Sequence record: NC_136441.1
Length of the DNA: 48,646 bases
DNA from: a phage
Direction: 5' to 3' (one strand)
The stretch's first letter is position 1, and each line of letters begins with the position of its first letter. The notes under the pieces are model-generated. The model saw nothing but the letters and a program-made list of their open reading frames with translations, was not told the origin of the DNA and searched no databases. The position numbers and the translations under genes are program-made. Shown here one piece after another: positions 37,688-45,448 of the stretch.

Positions 37688-37892
37688 TAAACATGCTCAT
37701 TTCGTCAATCATCGCGTAAGCATCGCTTTCAGTCATGCGACGGATTTTTCCGCCTGGGTGTTCGCCAACAGCGTAACCAGTTTTTACGCGGGTAATCGTT
37801 AACTGATGGAATCCAGAAGCGCGATCCATTTTCAAAACTACTTTCCCGTGAGCTTTGACAATGTTCATGATGGATTCAGTTTTCAGTTTCAT
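37671..37892 (-). CDS. hypothetical protein
   Basis: 73 aa downstream of motif promoter. Confidence 0.45.
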   Translation of the reverse strand: MKLKTESIMNIVKAHGKVVLKMDRASGFHQLTITRVKTGYAVGEHPGGKIRRMTESDAYAMIDEMSMFIEKWG

Positions 37893-37923
37893 TTTTGATT
37901 CTCCATTTTGTTTATGTGAAAGT

Positions 37924-37967
37924 ATTATATCAATCAGAGCGATATCGTTTTTAGCAATTCGTGCTAT
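37924..37967 (-). promoter_or_regulatory. motif promoter (ATAGCACGAATTGCTAAAAA + 22 nt + TATAAT)
   Basis: minus strand, upstream of 37671..37892. Confidence 0.5.
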
Positions 37968-38118
37968 TTACGGCGATAAACGGATATCCTGTTAAATCTG
38001 CATTTCTATAACGTGCAGACCTAACCCAACAGCCGCCTTTGCTCATAATTAAAGCGTTTTTATGGCGAATGTTCACGCGGTAAATTCTTCCGGTTTTTAT
38101 GTTTTTGAAATATGTCAT
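37951..38118 (-). CDS. hypothetical 55-aa protein
   Basis: ATGA overlap with upstream gene stop and SD GAGGT; 3' end runs through the motif. Confidence 0.3.
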   Translation of the reverse strand: MTYFKNIKTGRIYRVNIRHKNALIMSKGGCWVRSARYRNADLTGYPFIAVNSTNC

Positions 38119-38348
38119 AATTTAACCTCATGATATTCTATGAATTCTTGCACATATGCGCATTCGCGCGGCGACTCCTGGCCTTTTATCACCTCACAGC
38201 CACCATTAAACAGATAGCAGTGCTGGCAAAGGTTGCCACCTGCGTTTTCCTCAGCGATCTGAATTCCGGTACACAAACCGCCACCAAACCTATGAGGAAA
38301 ATCGTAAGCCTGGCAGCGGCACGTTGCTTGATTCCGCTTACGTTTCAT
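38115..38348 (-). CDS. hypothetical Cys-rich protein (possible zinc binding)
   Basis: 77 aa with 7 Cys including CRC and CQHC pairs. Confidence 0.45.
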   Translation of the reverse strand: MKRKRNQATCRCQAYDFPHRFGGGLCTGIQIAEENAGGNLCQHCYLFNGGCEVIKGQESPRECAYVQEFIEYHEVKL

Positions 38349-38629
38349 TAGATGTTCTCGCTAATAAACTGGATAACCTGGCGAAGATGTTTTTCATCTT
38401 TAATTAATGCTGGCAATTCTTCCATAACTTCTTTTTTAAGATAAATGTTTGCATTCCAGGTGAATGAGCCATCACCATTTACGCGGTAAGAGCAAAGCCA
38501 TTCGCAATCATTATCAGATTCCCAAATGCACAGCGTTTCAAATTCTTCAAACTTGTTGTAACCCGTTTCAATGCTTAACTCAATGCCACGTTTTCCAGCG
38601 AAGTTAGTAGTTGTTTTTGATACCATCAT
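38348..38629 (-). CDS. hypothetical protein
   Basis: 93 aa downstream of motif promoter. Confidence 0.45.
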   Translation of the reverse strand: MMVSKTTTNFAGKRGIELSIETGYNKFEEFETLCIWESDNDCEWLCSYRVNGDGSFTWNANIYLKKEVMEELPALIKDEKHLRQVIQFISENI

Positions 38630-38661
38630 TTTAAAATTCTCCGGTTCGTTTCGATGAATGT

Positions 38662-38705
38662 ATTATGCCAAAACAAACCGGATCGCTTTTAACAAAAAGT
38701 GCTAT
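38662..38705 (-). promoter_or_regulatory. motif promoter (ATAGCACTTTTTGTTAAAAG + 22 nt + CATAAT)
   Basis: minus strand, upstream of 38348..38629. Confidence 0.5.
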
Positions 38706-38807
38706 TTAATTAAAATACGAATACCTTTTCGCACGCTTTCCGTCGCCTCCGTAATGGTCATTAGCAACAGCAAGAATCCAAGCGTTAGGAATAAAAAATA
38801 GCTTCAT
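38706..38807 (-). CDS. hypothetical 33-aa hydrophobic peptide
   Basis: MKLFFIPNAWILAVAN...; SD GGAGAG; start overlaps stop of upstream gene (TAATG). Confidence 0.25.
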   Translation of the reverse strand: MKLFFIPNAWILAVANDHYGGDGKRAKRYSYFN

Positions 38808-39001
38808 TAATCACTCTCCATGATAATTACAGGCTCCATGCGCTCAAGCACCACTTTGAAATCGGAGTAAAAAGTAGGGCGACGTTTTGTCAATTCCTCA
38901 TAGGTATCAGTTGCCAGGCAAGCGCGATCACCTTCATAGCACACAACGCGTTTACCATTTGCGCGACTGATTGCAACTACGCGATATGTATTATTGATCA
39001 T
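38807..39001 (-). CDS. hypothetical protein
   Basis: 64 aa, translationally coupled. Confidence 0.4.
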   Translation of the reverse strand: MINNTYRVVAISRANGKRVVCYEGDRACLATDTYEELTKRRPTFYSDFKVVLERMEPVIIMESD

Positions 39002-39234
39002 TTCATCACCTCAATTGAATAAATACTTTCAACGCCTGGCGCGTATAACCGCTTTCCATCTTCAGTTATGCAAAGACAAAGGGCAAGGCCGCGATTGTCT
39101 GAAATATGCAAGTCATTTTGTCTATCCATCAAAATTTCATATTCGCGATCTTCATCAAAGCGCCAAACGCTTAACATGCACTTTCCAGATGATTTAACTT
39201 TTACTTTCTTTCCGGTGAAATTTAAACGACTCAT
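38998..39234 (-). CDS. hypothetical protein
   Basis: 78 aa, translationally coupled. Confidence 0.4.
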   Translation of the reverse strand: MSRLNFTGKKVKVKSSGKCMLSVWRFDEDREYEILMDRQNDLHISDNRGLALCLCITEDGKRLYAPGVESIYSIEVMK

Positions 39235-39455
39235 TGCGCCACCTCAACAGTTTCAAATACGGTATTGAATGCCAGAAGTTTAAATTTCTTGCCTGGCTCA
39301 ACCACTGCGATATTCCAGGTAATGCCGCCGTGATATGCAACCATATCATCAATATCGACGGTGATTTGTGCGCCCTTCTTGAATAAACCTTTCTCATGAG
39401 TAGCGTCACGTTCAGTAACTACAGTTTCGAATTGCGTTTGTTGTTCAAAGTTCAT
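39231..39455 (-). CDS. hypothetical protein
   Basis: 74 aa from ATG with SD AGGAGA; ORF-track extension to 39596 (TTG) spans the motif promoter and is rejected. Confidence 0.45.
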   Translation of the reverse strand: MNFEQQTQFETVVTERDATHEKGLFKKGAQITVDIDDMVAYHGGITWNIAVVEPGKKFKLLAFNTVFETVEVAQ

Positions 39456-39485
39456 CGTTGATTCTCCTGATTGGTTGATGTGTGC

Positions 39486-39530
39486 ATTATGCCCGGAATC
39501 AGATCCGGCACGTTTAACAAAAAGTGCTAT
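39486..39530 (-). promoter_or_regulatory. motif promoter (ATAGCACTTTTTGTTAAAC + 23 nt + CATAAT)
   Basis: minus strand; hairpin CCGGA/TCCGG in spacer. Confidence 0.5.
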
Positions 39531-39672
39531 TTCAAAACACAGAATGCTCTTGCGTCGTAGGTATGCTTCATAACAATCTCGCGAGCATCCAGGCAACGCG
39601 ATTTGCTATTAAACTCTTGTGTCGTAACCGCCTCACCTTGCATTGTTTGAAGAGCAATAATTAGCACGTAAA

Positions 39673-39891
39673 TCATTTTTCCTTTCCTTCATTGTATGTA
39701 AGGTTAATGTGAATTGATGCACTTCCGACAATTTCAGCGGTTCCAATCTCAACCATGTATATCAATTCATGGCGGCTAAATGATGTGTACGCAGGGAAGC
39801 CGTCAACAATGCGCATAACCGGAAGTTCACTGTATTTTGTGTTAGGCACTGCGTATTCATTGCCAGTGCTCTTGATGCGTATGAGTATCAT
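39673..39891 (-). CDS. hypothetical protein
   Basis: 72 aa, coupled to upstream gene. Confidence 0.45.
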   Translation of the reverse strand: MILIRIKSTGNEYAVPNTKYSELPVMRIVDGFPAYTSFSRHELIYMVEIGTAEIVGSASIHINLTYNEGKEK

Positions 39892-39905
39892 TGTTCTATC
39901 TCCAG

Positions 39906-40157
39906 TTACTTAGTAAGCCATTCCACACATTTAATGATGCACTCACCCTGTGAGCCGTAAAAAACACTTATCCCTTTCTGGCAGATTGTCCAGGTGCGAG
40001 ATCCCTTTGCGGTCTGCCTTACTTCAATCTGTAAGCCGCCACGCACCATGCATTTGAAAGCGCCAACCTTCTTACCTTTGCGCTTAGTGGTGTAATAGTC
40101 AGTTACCGTGATGCCTTTGTCAGTTGCCAGGTCAATCGCTTGTTGGATAGTTGCCAC
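39906..40157 (-). CDS. hypothetical protein
   Basis: 83 aa from GTG 40157 with SD AGGGGA; ORF-track TTG start 40199 is upstream of the predicted transcription start. Confidence 0.4.
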   Translation of the reverse strand: MATIQQAIDLATDKGITVTDYYTTKRKGKKVGAFKCMVRGGLQIEVRQTAKGSRTWTICQKGISVFYGSQGECIIKCVEWLTK

Positions 40158-40187
40158 TTTAAAATCCCCTGTCGTTTCGATGTGGTT

Positions 40188-40231
40188 ACTATATCGCAAC
40201 CCCTGAATCGAGTTTTAACAAAAAGTGCTAT
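40188..40231 (-). promoter_or_regulatory. motif promoter (ATAGCACTTTTTGTTAAAAC + 22 nt + TATAGT)
   Basis: minus strand; palindromic TCGAT...ATCGA and GGTT/AACC around the -10. Confidence 0.5.
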
Positions 40232-40341
40232 TTACCAGTAATGATGATCTTCATTTCCGAAGTGCTTACTGATGAATTGAGCAATCAAAATAAGCACATA
40301 TAATACAATAACCAACGTGAATAATTTTAATAAGAAGCAAA

Positions 40342-40524
40342 TCATTTCTTTAATACTGAAAAGTAATAAGGATTTGACAATCCGTGTTTGCGAGCAATTT
40401 TTTCAGCCTCAACAGCGCCAACAATTGATGCCAATATCTCTACGCTATCCTTTCTATCTGTCATATCGGCAGAGTTAGCAAGGTTGATTTGAAAAAACGC
40501 AATCGGATCTTGTGTGAAGTGCAT
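40342..40524 (-). CDS. hypothetical protein
   Basis: 60 aa, SD GGAGAT, first gene of minus-strand early block. Confidence 0.4.
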   Translation of the reverse strand: MHFTQDPIAFFQINLANSADMTDRKDSVEILASIVGAVEAEKIARKHGLSNPYYFSVLKK

Positions 40525-40554
40525 TGTTTTATCTCCAGTTGTTTAGATGTGCTC

Positions 40555-40599
40555 AATGTAGCGCATTCGTTTTGATTGGTTTTAACAAAAAGTGCTATT
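40555..40599 (-). promoter_or_regulatory. motif promoter (ATAGCACTTTTTGTTAAAAC + 22 nt + TACATT)
   Basis: minus strand, first promoter of the leftward early block. Confidence 0.5.
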
Positions 40600-40607
40600 C
40601 ATGCAGT

Positions 40608-40635
40608 AGACCGATTGGTCTAGACCGTTTGGTCT
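40608..40635. repeat. two tandem 14-bp near-palindromes AGACCGATTGGTCT / AGACCGTTTGGTCT
   Basis: direct reading; operator- or iteron-like. Confidence 0.8.
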
Positions 40636-40775
40636 AATGAACGCATCGTTCAACGTATCGAACGCATTCACGATCACGTTATACGATCACAATATGATCA
40701 TGTTGATGATTGATGTGTGAGTTGATGTGATTGAAATTGATTTGATTTGATTAGATTTGAGTAGTGAGTGAGTAG
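40636..40775. repeat. iteron-like cluster of short direct repeats (GAACGCAT x2, ACGATCAC x2, GATTGA/GATTTGA series, GTGAG x2)
   Basis: direct reading of non-coding control region. Confidence 0.7.
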
Positions 40776-40916
40776 AAATAATCACACCTTGCCGATCTCG
40801 TGAAAACTTTTCTCGCAAAACATCACTCCAGGCTACGAATGTTTCGTTTTGTTCCTCGCTGTTCCCAGCCCGACCTTCCGCAGTTTAGCGCAACGTTACA
40901 CAACACGTATAACAAC

Positions 40917-40967
40917 AAAATATCTATATAATACATTGAAAAGTAAGATAATTATTATTATATATCT
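40917..40967 (+). repeat. AT-rich conserved element, copy B
   Basis: same two 20-bp arms and 11-bp spacer length as copy A at 20114..20164. Confidence 0.8.
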
Positions 40968-41188
40968 ATATTGTTATATAACTTGTTTTGCTTGTTTCTC
41001 ATGATATTGATACCCCTTTACTGATTGATAGAGTATAAAATTATAAGATAGGTGCTCTTATTTATTATAGGTGGCGGTGATTTTTAGCGAAATGGTATAA
41101 CGATTTAGAACATAGTTGATTTGAAAGGATAAATTTGCAATTACTGTTACATTGCGTGATGTTTTTGTTGCCTAATCAAAAATAACAC

Positions 41189-41216
41189 TTGACGCATAAG
41201 CCAGGCTTGCTAAGAT
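41189..41216 (+). promoter_or_regulatory. sigma70-like promoter for rightward early block
   Basis: TTGACG-N16-TAAGAT about 35 nt upstream of SD GGAGG and ATG 41251. Confidence 0.5.
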
Positions 41217-41250
41217 TTCTGCATCGAGCAACAACGGAGGATAACCAATC

Positions 41251-41538
41251 ATGGTAAGGGGCAAAATCGTAAAGCGTGACCTATCCATAGTTGATGCAAC
41301 GCCAGAAGATGCAACCAAAGATATCATGCGCCTAATGTACATAGCACGGATATTGGGGGCTGCAAAACCAAACAGGCTGTATTACATCGACATTAAGGCA
41401 TCCGGTCGCGACGTTAATTCATTGCGCCAGGCAATAAACACGATTGCGAAAGAGGATCGCAGAACCATTAAGACAATAACCACTGATAACGGCTATATCG
41501 GCTTTGTTATCATCGACGTTAAAGAAGCGTTTGTGTAA
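41251..41538 (+). CDS. hypothetical early protein
   Basis: 95 aa, SD GGAGGA. Confidence 0.5.
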   Translation: MVRGKIVKRDLSIVDATPEDATKDIMRLMYIARILGAAKPNRLYYIDIKASGRDVNSLRQAINTIAKEDRRTIKTITTDNGYIGFVIIDVKEAFV

Positions 41539-41549
41539 AGAGGTGAATC

Positions 41550-41993
41550 ATGGAACAAATGACAAGTAAAGAGTTTTGCGAAAAATTGCGTGAAGCAGCA
41601 AGAGCGGCGGCAAAAGGTGAGGTGATCAAGTTGCCAGTTGCCTACATAACAATGAACGTCCAGGCAGAGGACGCAAAGAAGCTAAATTCCTCATACATTC
41701 GCACGATCATGAATCGTGTTCCAGAAGTAAAAGAGGTTGGATCTGTAAGCGTAAAGAAAAAGACAAGCGATGACGGCGCGGAATATTACGAGATCGCAAT
41801 CAACCGTGACACAAAGCGCCGCATCGTAACAACTAATGACCTTCCGGCAATCAAAGAGCATGAGCGCGAAAAACTGGTCGAAAAGATTATGCGTATATCG
41901 CCGGACTTCTCACACCTGGACGATGAAAAGGCACTTGTTGCAATGCGAGCGGTTGCCACGTTCAAAGATCTGATTAAGGAGATCTCAAAGTGA
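41550..41993 (+). CDS. hypothetical early protein
   Basis: 147 aa, SD AGAGGTGA. Confidence 0.5.
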   Translation: MEQMTSKEFCEKLREAARAAAKGEVIKLPVAYITMNVQAEDAKKLNSSYIRTIMNRVPEVKEVGSVSVKKKTSDDGAEYYEIAINRDTKRRIVTTNDLPAIKEHEREKLVEKIMRISPDFSHLDDEKALVAMRAVATFKDLIKEISK

Positions 41994-42097
41994 AAGCATT
42001 CGCCCTTGTCGCTGCAATGTGGTGCATGGTTATTGGTCATCCTGGCGTTACGCTGGCGTTGTGCGTATTTATTTTGTTGGGGGTGTTTGATGAATAA
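41990..42097 (+). CDS. hypothetical 35-aa hydrophobic peptide (GTG start)
   Basis: GTGA overlap with upstream stop, SD AAGGAG 8 nt upstream; single TM-like segment. Confidence 0.25.
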   Translation: MKAFALVAAMWCMVIGHPGVTLALCVFILLGVFDE

Positions 42098-42203
42098 GAA
42101 ACTTTTAGATCATGCCGTGGTGTTCTTTATCGCTGCTGCTGGATTTTCGCTGTTGTCAATTGCTTTTTCAATCCTTGCTTTTGCCGTGTCAATGCTGAAA
42201 TGA
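42090..42203 (+). CDS. hypothetical 37-aa membrane peptide
   Basis: ATGA overlap with preceding peptide ORF; MNKKLLDHAVVFFIAAAGFSLLSIAFSILAFAVSMLK. Confidence 0.3.
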   Translation: MNKKLLDHAVVFFIAAAGFSLLSIAFSILAFAVSMLK

Positions 42204-42225
42204 CGGATTACATCCTGATTGCTAA

Positions 42226-42269
42226 ATAGCACTTTTTGTTAAAACTCGATTGGGGTAGTTTGGCATAAT
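42226..42269 (+). promoter_or_regulatory. motif promoter (ATAGCACTTTTTGTTAAAAC + 22 nt + CATAAT)
   Basis: long hairpin TCGATTGGGGTA/TACCCCATCGA with -10 in loop; upstream of 42308. Confidence 0.55.
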
Positions 42270-42307
42270 TACCCCATCGAAACGAAACGCACTAACAGGA
42301 GAACATC

Positions 42308-42496
42308 ATGAAATTATTAGGAAAACTTAACGCTAGCTCTTTGGTAATTGGTGACTTGATTGAGGTGGCTGGATCTTTATCGGTGGTGACTAGCGTTTTT
42401 GTTGATGGGGTAAAGGTGATAATTGAGACCGACAAGCTGCACCCATTCGAGCTTTGCTGTCTTGATGAAATTAAAGTTTATTCATCATTTAACTAA
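42308..42496 (+). CDS. hypothetical protein
   Basis: 62 aa, SD AGGAGAA. Confidence 0.45.
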   Translation: MKLLGKLNASSLVIGDLIEVAGSLSVVTSVFVDGVKVIIETDKLHPFELCCLDEIKVYSSFN

Positions 42497-42501
42497 CTGG
42501 A

Positions 42502-42545
42502 AAAGCACGAATTGCTAAAAAATAATCCTGGGCTTGCGGTATAGT
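42502..42545 (+). promoter_or_regulatory. motif promoter, variant (AAAGCACGAATTGCTAAAAA + 22 nt + TATAGT)
   Basis: hairpin GGGCTT/AAGCCC around -10; upstream of 42578. Confidence 0.5.
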
Positions 42546-42577
42546 AAGCCCATACCAAACAACGAGAGGATCACAAA

Positions 42578-42977
42578 ATGAAATTAGCACGTAACGCGGT
42601 TTATGGCTTACACCTTAATAAAGGCGGCAAAGGCTCAACTTATGCACACCTTTTTCATGTTAATGAGCGCGGTCAAATTGATATTGCAATGTATGTTGAC
42701 AAACTGGTTAAAGGTTGTGAGTCCAACAAGTTCAGACCAGATCTGATTGAATACGATCACACACACAGTCACGACCACTGGTTAGGTGGTTAAAGGTTGT
42801 GAGTCCAACAAGTTCAGACCAGATCTGATTGAATACGATCACACACACAGTCACGACCACTGGTTAGGTGGTTATAAATTTACAATGCTGGATAGCCATG
42901 TTATTGACACAAGAAAATTAACGAATCGTGACTATAGGCGCATGGCTCGAAAAATCCTGAGGCAGAAAGCGCAATAG
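42578..42977 (+). pseudogene. early gene split by a perfect 82-bp tandem duplication (fragments 42578..42793 and 42786..42977)
   Basis: two ORFs share a 28-aa overlap (VKGCESNKFRPDLIEYDHTHSHDHWLGG); removing one 82-bp copy restores a single 106-codon ORF. Confidence 0.55.
42705..42868 (+). repeat. perfect 82-bp tandem duplication (2 copies) flanked by TGGTTA microhomology
   Basis: 42705..42786 is identical to 42787..42868; next 6 nt (42869..42874) repeat the unit start. Confidence 0.9.
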
Positions 42978-43017
42978 CACGAAATGTTAAGCGGCCATGT
43001 GTGCTGATTGGTACAAT
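42974..43017 (+). promoter_or_regulatory. motif promoter, variant (ATAGCACGAAATGTTAAG + 22 nt + TACAAT)
   Basis: motif overlaps TAG stop; upstream of small ORF 43050. Confidence 0.45.
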
Positions 43018-43049
43018 GACCGCATCAACCAATAGGAGAGGATAGAAAA

Positions 43050-43157
43050 ATGTCAAAAGAATCAATTAAGCAGTTTCTGAAATACGGCTCTATGATTGTG
43101 CTCGCTACCGTTGTGCTGGCTGGCATAGCTTACAGTGTCATTGAATTTGTGGGGTAA
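43050..43157 (+). CDS. hypothetical 35-aa membrane peptide
   Basis: SD GGAGAGGA; MSKESIKQFLKYGSMIVLATVVLAGIAYSVIEFVG. Confidence 0.35.
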   Translation: MSKESIKQFLKYGSMIVLATVVLAGIAYSVIEFVG

Positions 43158-43160
43158 TGG

Positions 43161-43724
43161 ATGTTTAAGATCGAATTGTGGGGCAAGGAATACACTAATC
43201 ACTACGTTGCAACAAAACAGCGTTTCGTTATTTTCGACTTGGACGGCACATTGTCAAATGGTGAGCACCGCTTACACCTGTTGCCAACTGTTGACTTGCA
43301 CCTTACTGAAAGCTGGAGTGAGTTTAATCGCGCCGCAAAGGATGATTTACCATTCATGGATAACATATCCGTGTGCAACGCCATGTTTGACGCCGGATAC
43401 CTGGTTATCATCCTAACAGGACGTAGTGATGAAGTTGAGGCAGAAACGCGAGCATGGTTAGCTGAAAACGGCGTTTCTTTCGATTGGCTGATTATGCGCC
43501 GCGCGGAGGACAACCGGAAAGATACCGTGATCAAAGAGGAAGTTTTACGGACTATCGGACTTGATCGCATTGTCGCATGTTGGGATGACTCACCAAACGT
43601 TATTGCACACCTGCGCGGCCTGGGCTTGACTGTTTACCAGGTCATTGACTACGGCGAGCAGTTACACGATCACTTAAAATCTCACGGCGTGGAGGAATTG
43701 AGCGATGACAGCAAAGCTAATTGA
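43161..43724 (+). CDS. HAD-superfamily phosphatase (polynucleotide 3'-phosphatase-like)
   Basis: 187 aa; HAD motif I FDLDGTL, motif II ILTGR, motif IV WDDSPN. Confidence 0.6.
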   Translation: MFKIELWGKEYTNHYVATKQRFVIFDLDGTLSNGEHRLHLLPTVDLHLTESWSEFNRAAKDDLPFMDNISVCNAMFDAGYLVIILTGRSDEVEAETRAWLAENGVSFDWLIMRRAEDNRKDTVIKEEVLRTIGLDRIVACWDDSPNVIAHLRGLGLTVYQVIDYGEQLHDHLKSHGVEELSDDSKAN

Positions 43725-43893
43725 AGATCGGCATGGTGATAACGTGCTTATTTACATCGAAGGGAAATCGGTGTGGATTGACTGCAAATATGAGGATGAC
43801 ACACATTTGCAGTTTCGCGGAATCTTTGACAAGAAAGGCGCGTTAGAGTTAGCGGAGCACATCAAGCGGCTTGCGGAAGAATTACCGGAATAG
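43705..43893 (+). CDS. hypothetical acidic protein
   Basis: 62 aa overlapping upstream gene end. Confidence 0.4.
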   Translation: MTAKLIEDRHGDNVLIYIEGKSVWIDCKYEDDTHLQFRGIFDKKGALELAEHIKRLAEELPE

Positions 43894-43903
43894 AGGATTT
43901 ATT

Positions 43904-44089
43904 ATGTTGACTTTTATCTTGATCGCTATCGTTTTAATTCTGTATGTTTGCGGCGCTTTCCTGATGCGAGCGCTACTAAAAGAGGCTGACGCTGATGATA
44001 AGGATAGTTGGAAGCCGATTCTTTTATGGCCTTGTTATATCATCGTGCCAATTTACGAGCTAATCCGCGATGGTGAGTTTAAATGGTAA
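43904..44089 (+). CDS. hypothetical membrane protein
   Basis: 61 aa from ATG 43904; N-terminal TM helix. Confidence 0.4.
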   Translation: MLTFILIAIVLILYVCGAFLMRALLKEADADDKDSWKPILLWPCYIIVPIYELIRDGEFKW

Positions 44090-44133
44090 ATAGCACTTTT
44101 TGCTAAAACTTGCTAAGGCACATTTGATAAAGT
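44090..44133 (+). promoter_or_regulatory. motif promoter (ATAGCACTTTTTGCTAAAAC + 22 nt + TAAAGT)
   Basis: hairpin GGCACA/TGTGCC; upstream of 44167. Confidence 0.5.
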
Positions 44134-44166
44134 GTGCCTTGTCGAGACAAGCAAGGAGAATGACTA

Positions 44167-44421
44167 ATGAAACATTACAGGTGCGGAAGTCTTATTTATC
44201 GTGACGATGGGGTTAATATTTTTGTTGCCTATTATGACAAGATGGAATTTTTTGAATCCATTTACACAAGGCGCGTTTTTAATTCAATGGTTGATGCTGG
44301 ACTTATGAAAGAGTGCGAGCCACCAAAAGCGAAGCCGTTTTATAAAAATGTTGATTTCTGGCATAACGCCGTATTAATCACAATTCTGTTAATTCTTTCT
44401 ATGTGGTTTATTTTCTTATGA
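44167..44421 (+). CDS. hypothetical protein with C-terminal TM helix
   Basis: 84 aa, SD AAGGAGAA. Confidence 0.45.
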   Translation: MKHYRCGSLIYRDDGVNIFVAYYDKMEFFESIYTRRVFNSMVDAGLMKECEPPKAKPFYKNVDFWHNAVLITILLILSMWFIFL

Positions 44422-44600
44422 TGCTTGATAATAAAGTTGAAACACAAAAGACGATCAACTATCTGCGAGCGCTTGCTGATGCTCTTGATTCCGGCGAGGC
44501 AGCATTAAATGATGTTAGTATTGAGTCAAGAAATCACGGATGGACTCAGATCGAAGAAACATTAACCGTTCAATATTTTAAGGTGAATAAAGATGGCTAA
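44403..44600 (+). CDS. hypothetical protein
   Basis: 65-aa ORF overlapping neighbours; start uncertain. Confidence 0.35.
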   Translation: MVYFLMMLDNKVETQKTINYLRALADALDSGEAALNDVSIESRNHGWTQIEETLTVQYFKVNKDG

Positions 44601-45168
44601 AATTATAATCCTCAATGCGCCTCCTGGTGCTGGTAAAGACACGATAGGCAAGATGATTTCTGTCTATTCGCCTGGTAAGCAATGCCGAATCATTAGCTTT
44701 AAAGAGCCAATGTTTGATATTGCATTAGCTATCCTGGGCAAAGAGAACTATAAGCGTTTCATGCTGGCTTACGATGACAGAGAGCAGAAAGAAAGGCCGC
44801 AAACGTTCCTGATGGGTATGTCACCGCGCGAGTTCATGATCTGGATTAGCGAGGATGTGATCAAGCCTAAATTCGGTAAGGATTATTTCGGCGTAAGGTT
44901 TAATCAGAAAGTAAAAGAGTGTGATGCTCCTGTTGTTTGCACTGATGGCGGTTTTCCAGATGAAATTATAGCGCTAATCAATGCTGGTAATGAGGTGAAG
45001 TTATGCCGCTTGCATCGCGAAGGGTTCACGTTTGCAGGTGATAGCCGCAACTACATTCGAATCAATCCCTATTACCAGAAAAACGGATATAGCGAGCACG
45101 ATTATAAATTGGTTGATAAGCAACCGAATGTAACTGTAAAGGAAATTATTCGCGATCACCTTAAATAG
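44593..45168 (+). CDS. P-loop nucleotide kinase (dNMP kinase-like)
   Basis: 191 aa; N-terminal P-loop ILNAPPGAGKDT, resembling the GxxxSGKDT pattern of phage dNMP kinases. Confidence 0.5.
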   Translation: MAKIIILNAPPGAGKDTIGKMISVYSPGKQCRIISFKEPMFDIALAILGKENYKRFMLAYDDREQKERPQTFLMGMSPREFMIWISEDVIKPKFGKDYFGVRFNQKVKECDAPVVCTDGGFPDEIIALINAGNEVKLCRLHREGFTFAGDSRNYIRINPYYQKNGYSEHDYKLVDKQPNVTVKEIIRDHLK

Positions 45169-45208
45169 CACGAATTGCTAAAACTTGCGCAAGGCCATTT
45201 GTTATAGT
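45165..45208 (+). promoter_or_regulatory. motif promoter, variant (ATAGCACGAATTGCTAAAAC + 22 nt + TATAGT)
   Basis: motif overlaps TAG stop of kinase gene; hairpin AAGGCCA/TGGCCTT. Confidence 0.5.
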
Positions 45209-45248
45209 GGCCTTATTCAAGAGAAGCAACCAATCAGAGGAATAAGCG

Positions 45249-45446
45249 ATGAAAATTAAATGCACAAAATCAAACACCATGAATCTGACAGTTGGCGCGA
45301 TTTACCATATGGAAGAAGGTGTAAACGGGTTTAGCCCAACTGTAACGCATGAATACGGCGGTCACTTCTTCTTAAACGGTAAAGACGGATTATCTGTAAA
45401 CGTTGGCTCTTTCGTACTGGCAGAATTTGAGGTCGTGGAGGAATAA
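45249..45446 (+). CDS. hypothetical protein
   Basis: 65 aa, SD AGAGGAA. Confidence 0.45.
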   Translation: MKIKCTKSNTMNLTVGAIYHMEEGVNGFSPTVTHEYGGHFFLNGKDGLSVNVGSFVLAEFEVVEE

Positions 45447-45448
45447 AA

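Noticed and set aside
39456-39596. N-terminal extension of ORF 39231..39596 (TTG start)
   Set aside because: The extension spans the motif promoter and its -10; ATG 39455 has SD AGGAGA at correct spacing.
42705-42868. Possible CRISPR or mobile-element repeat
   Set aside because: Only two perfect 82-bp copies in direct tandem with flanking microhomology and no spacers, transposase or terminal inverted repeats; treated as a slippage duplication.
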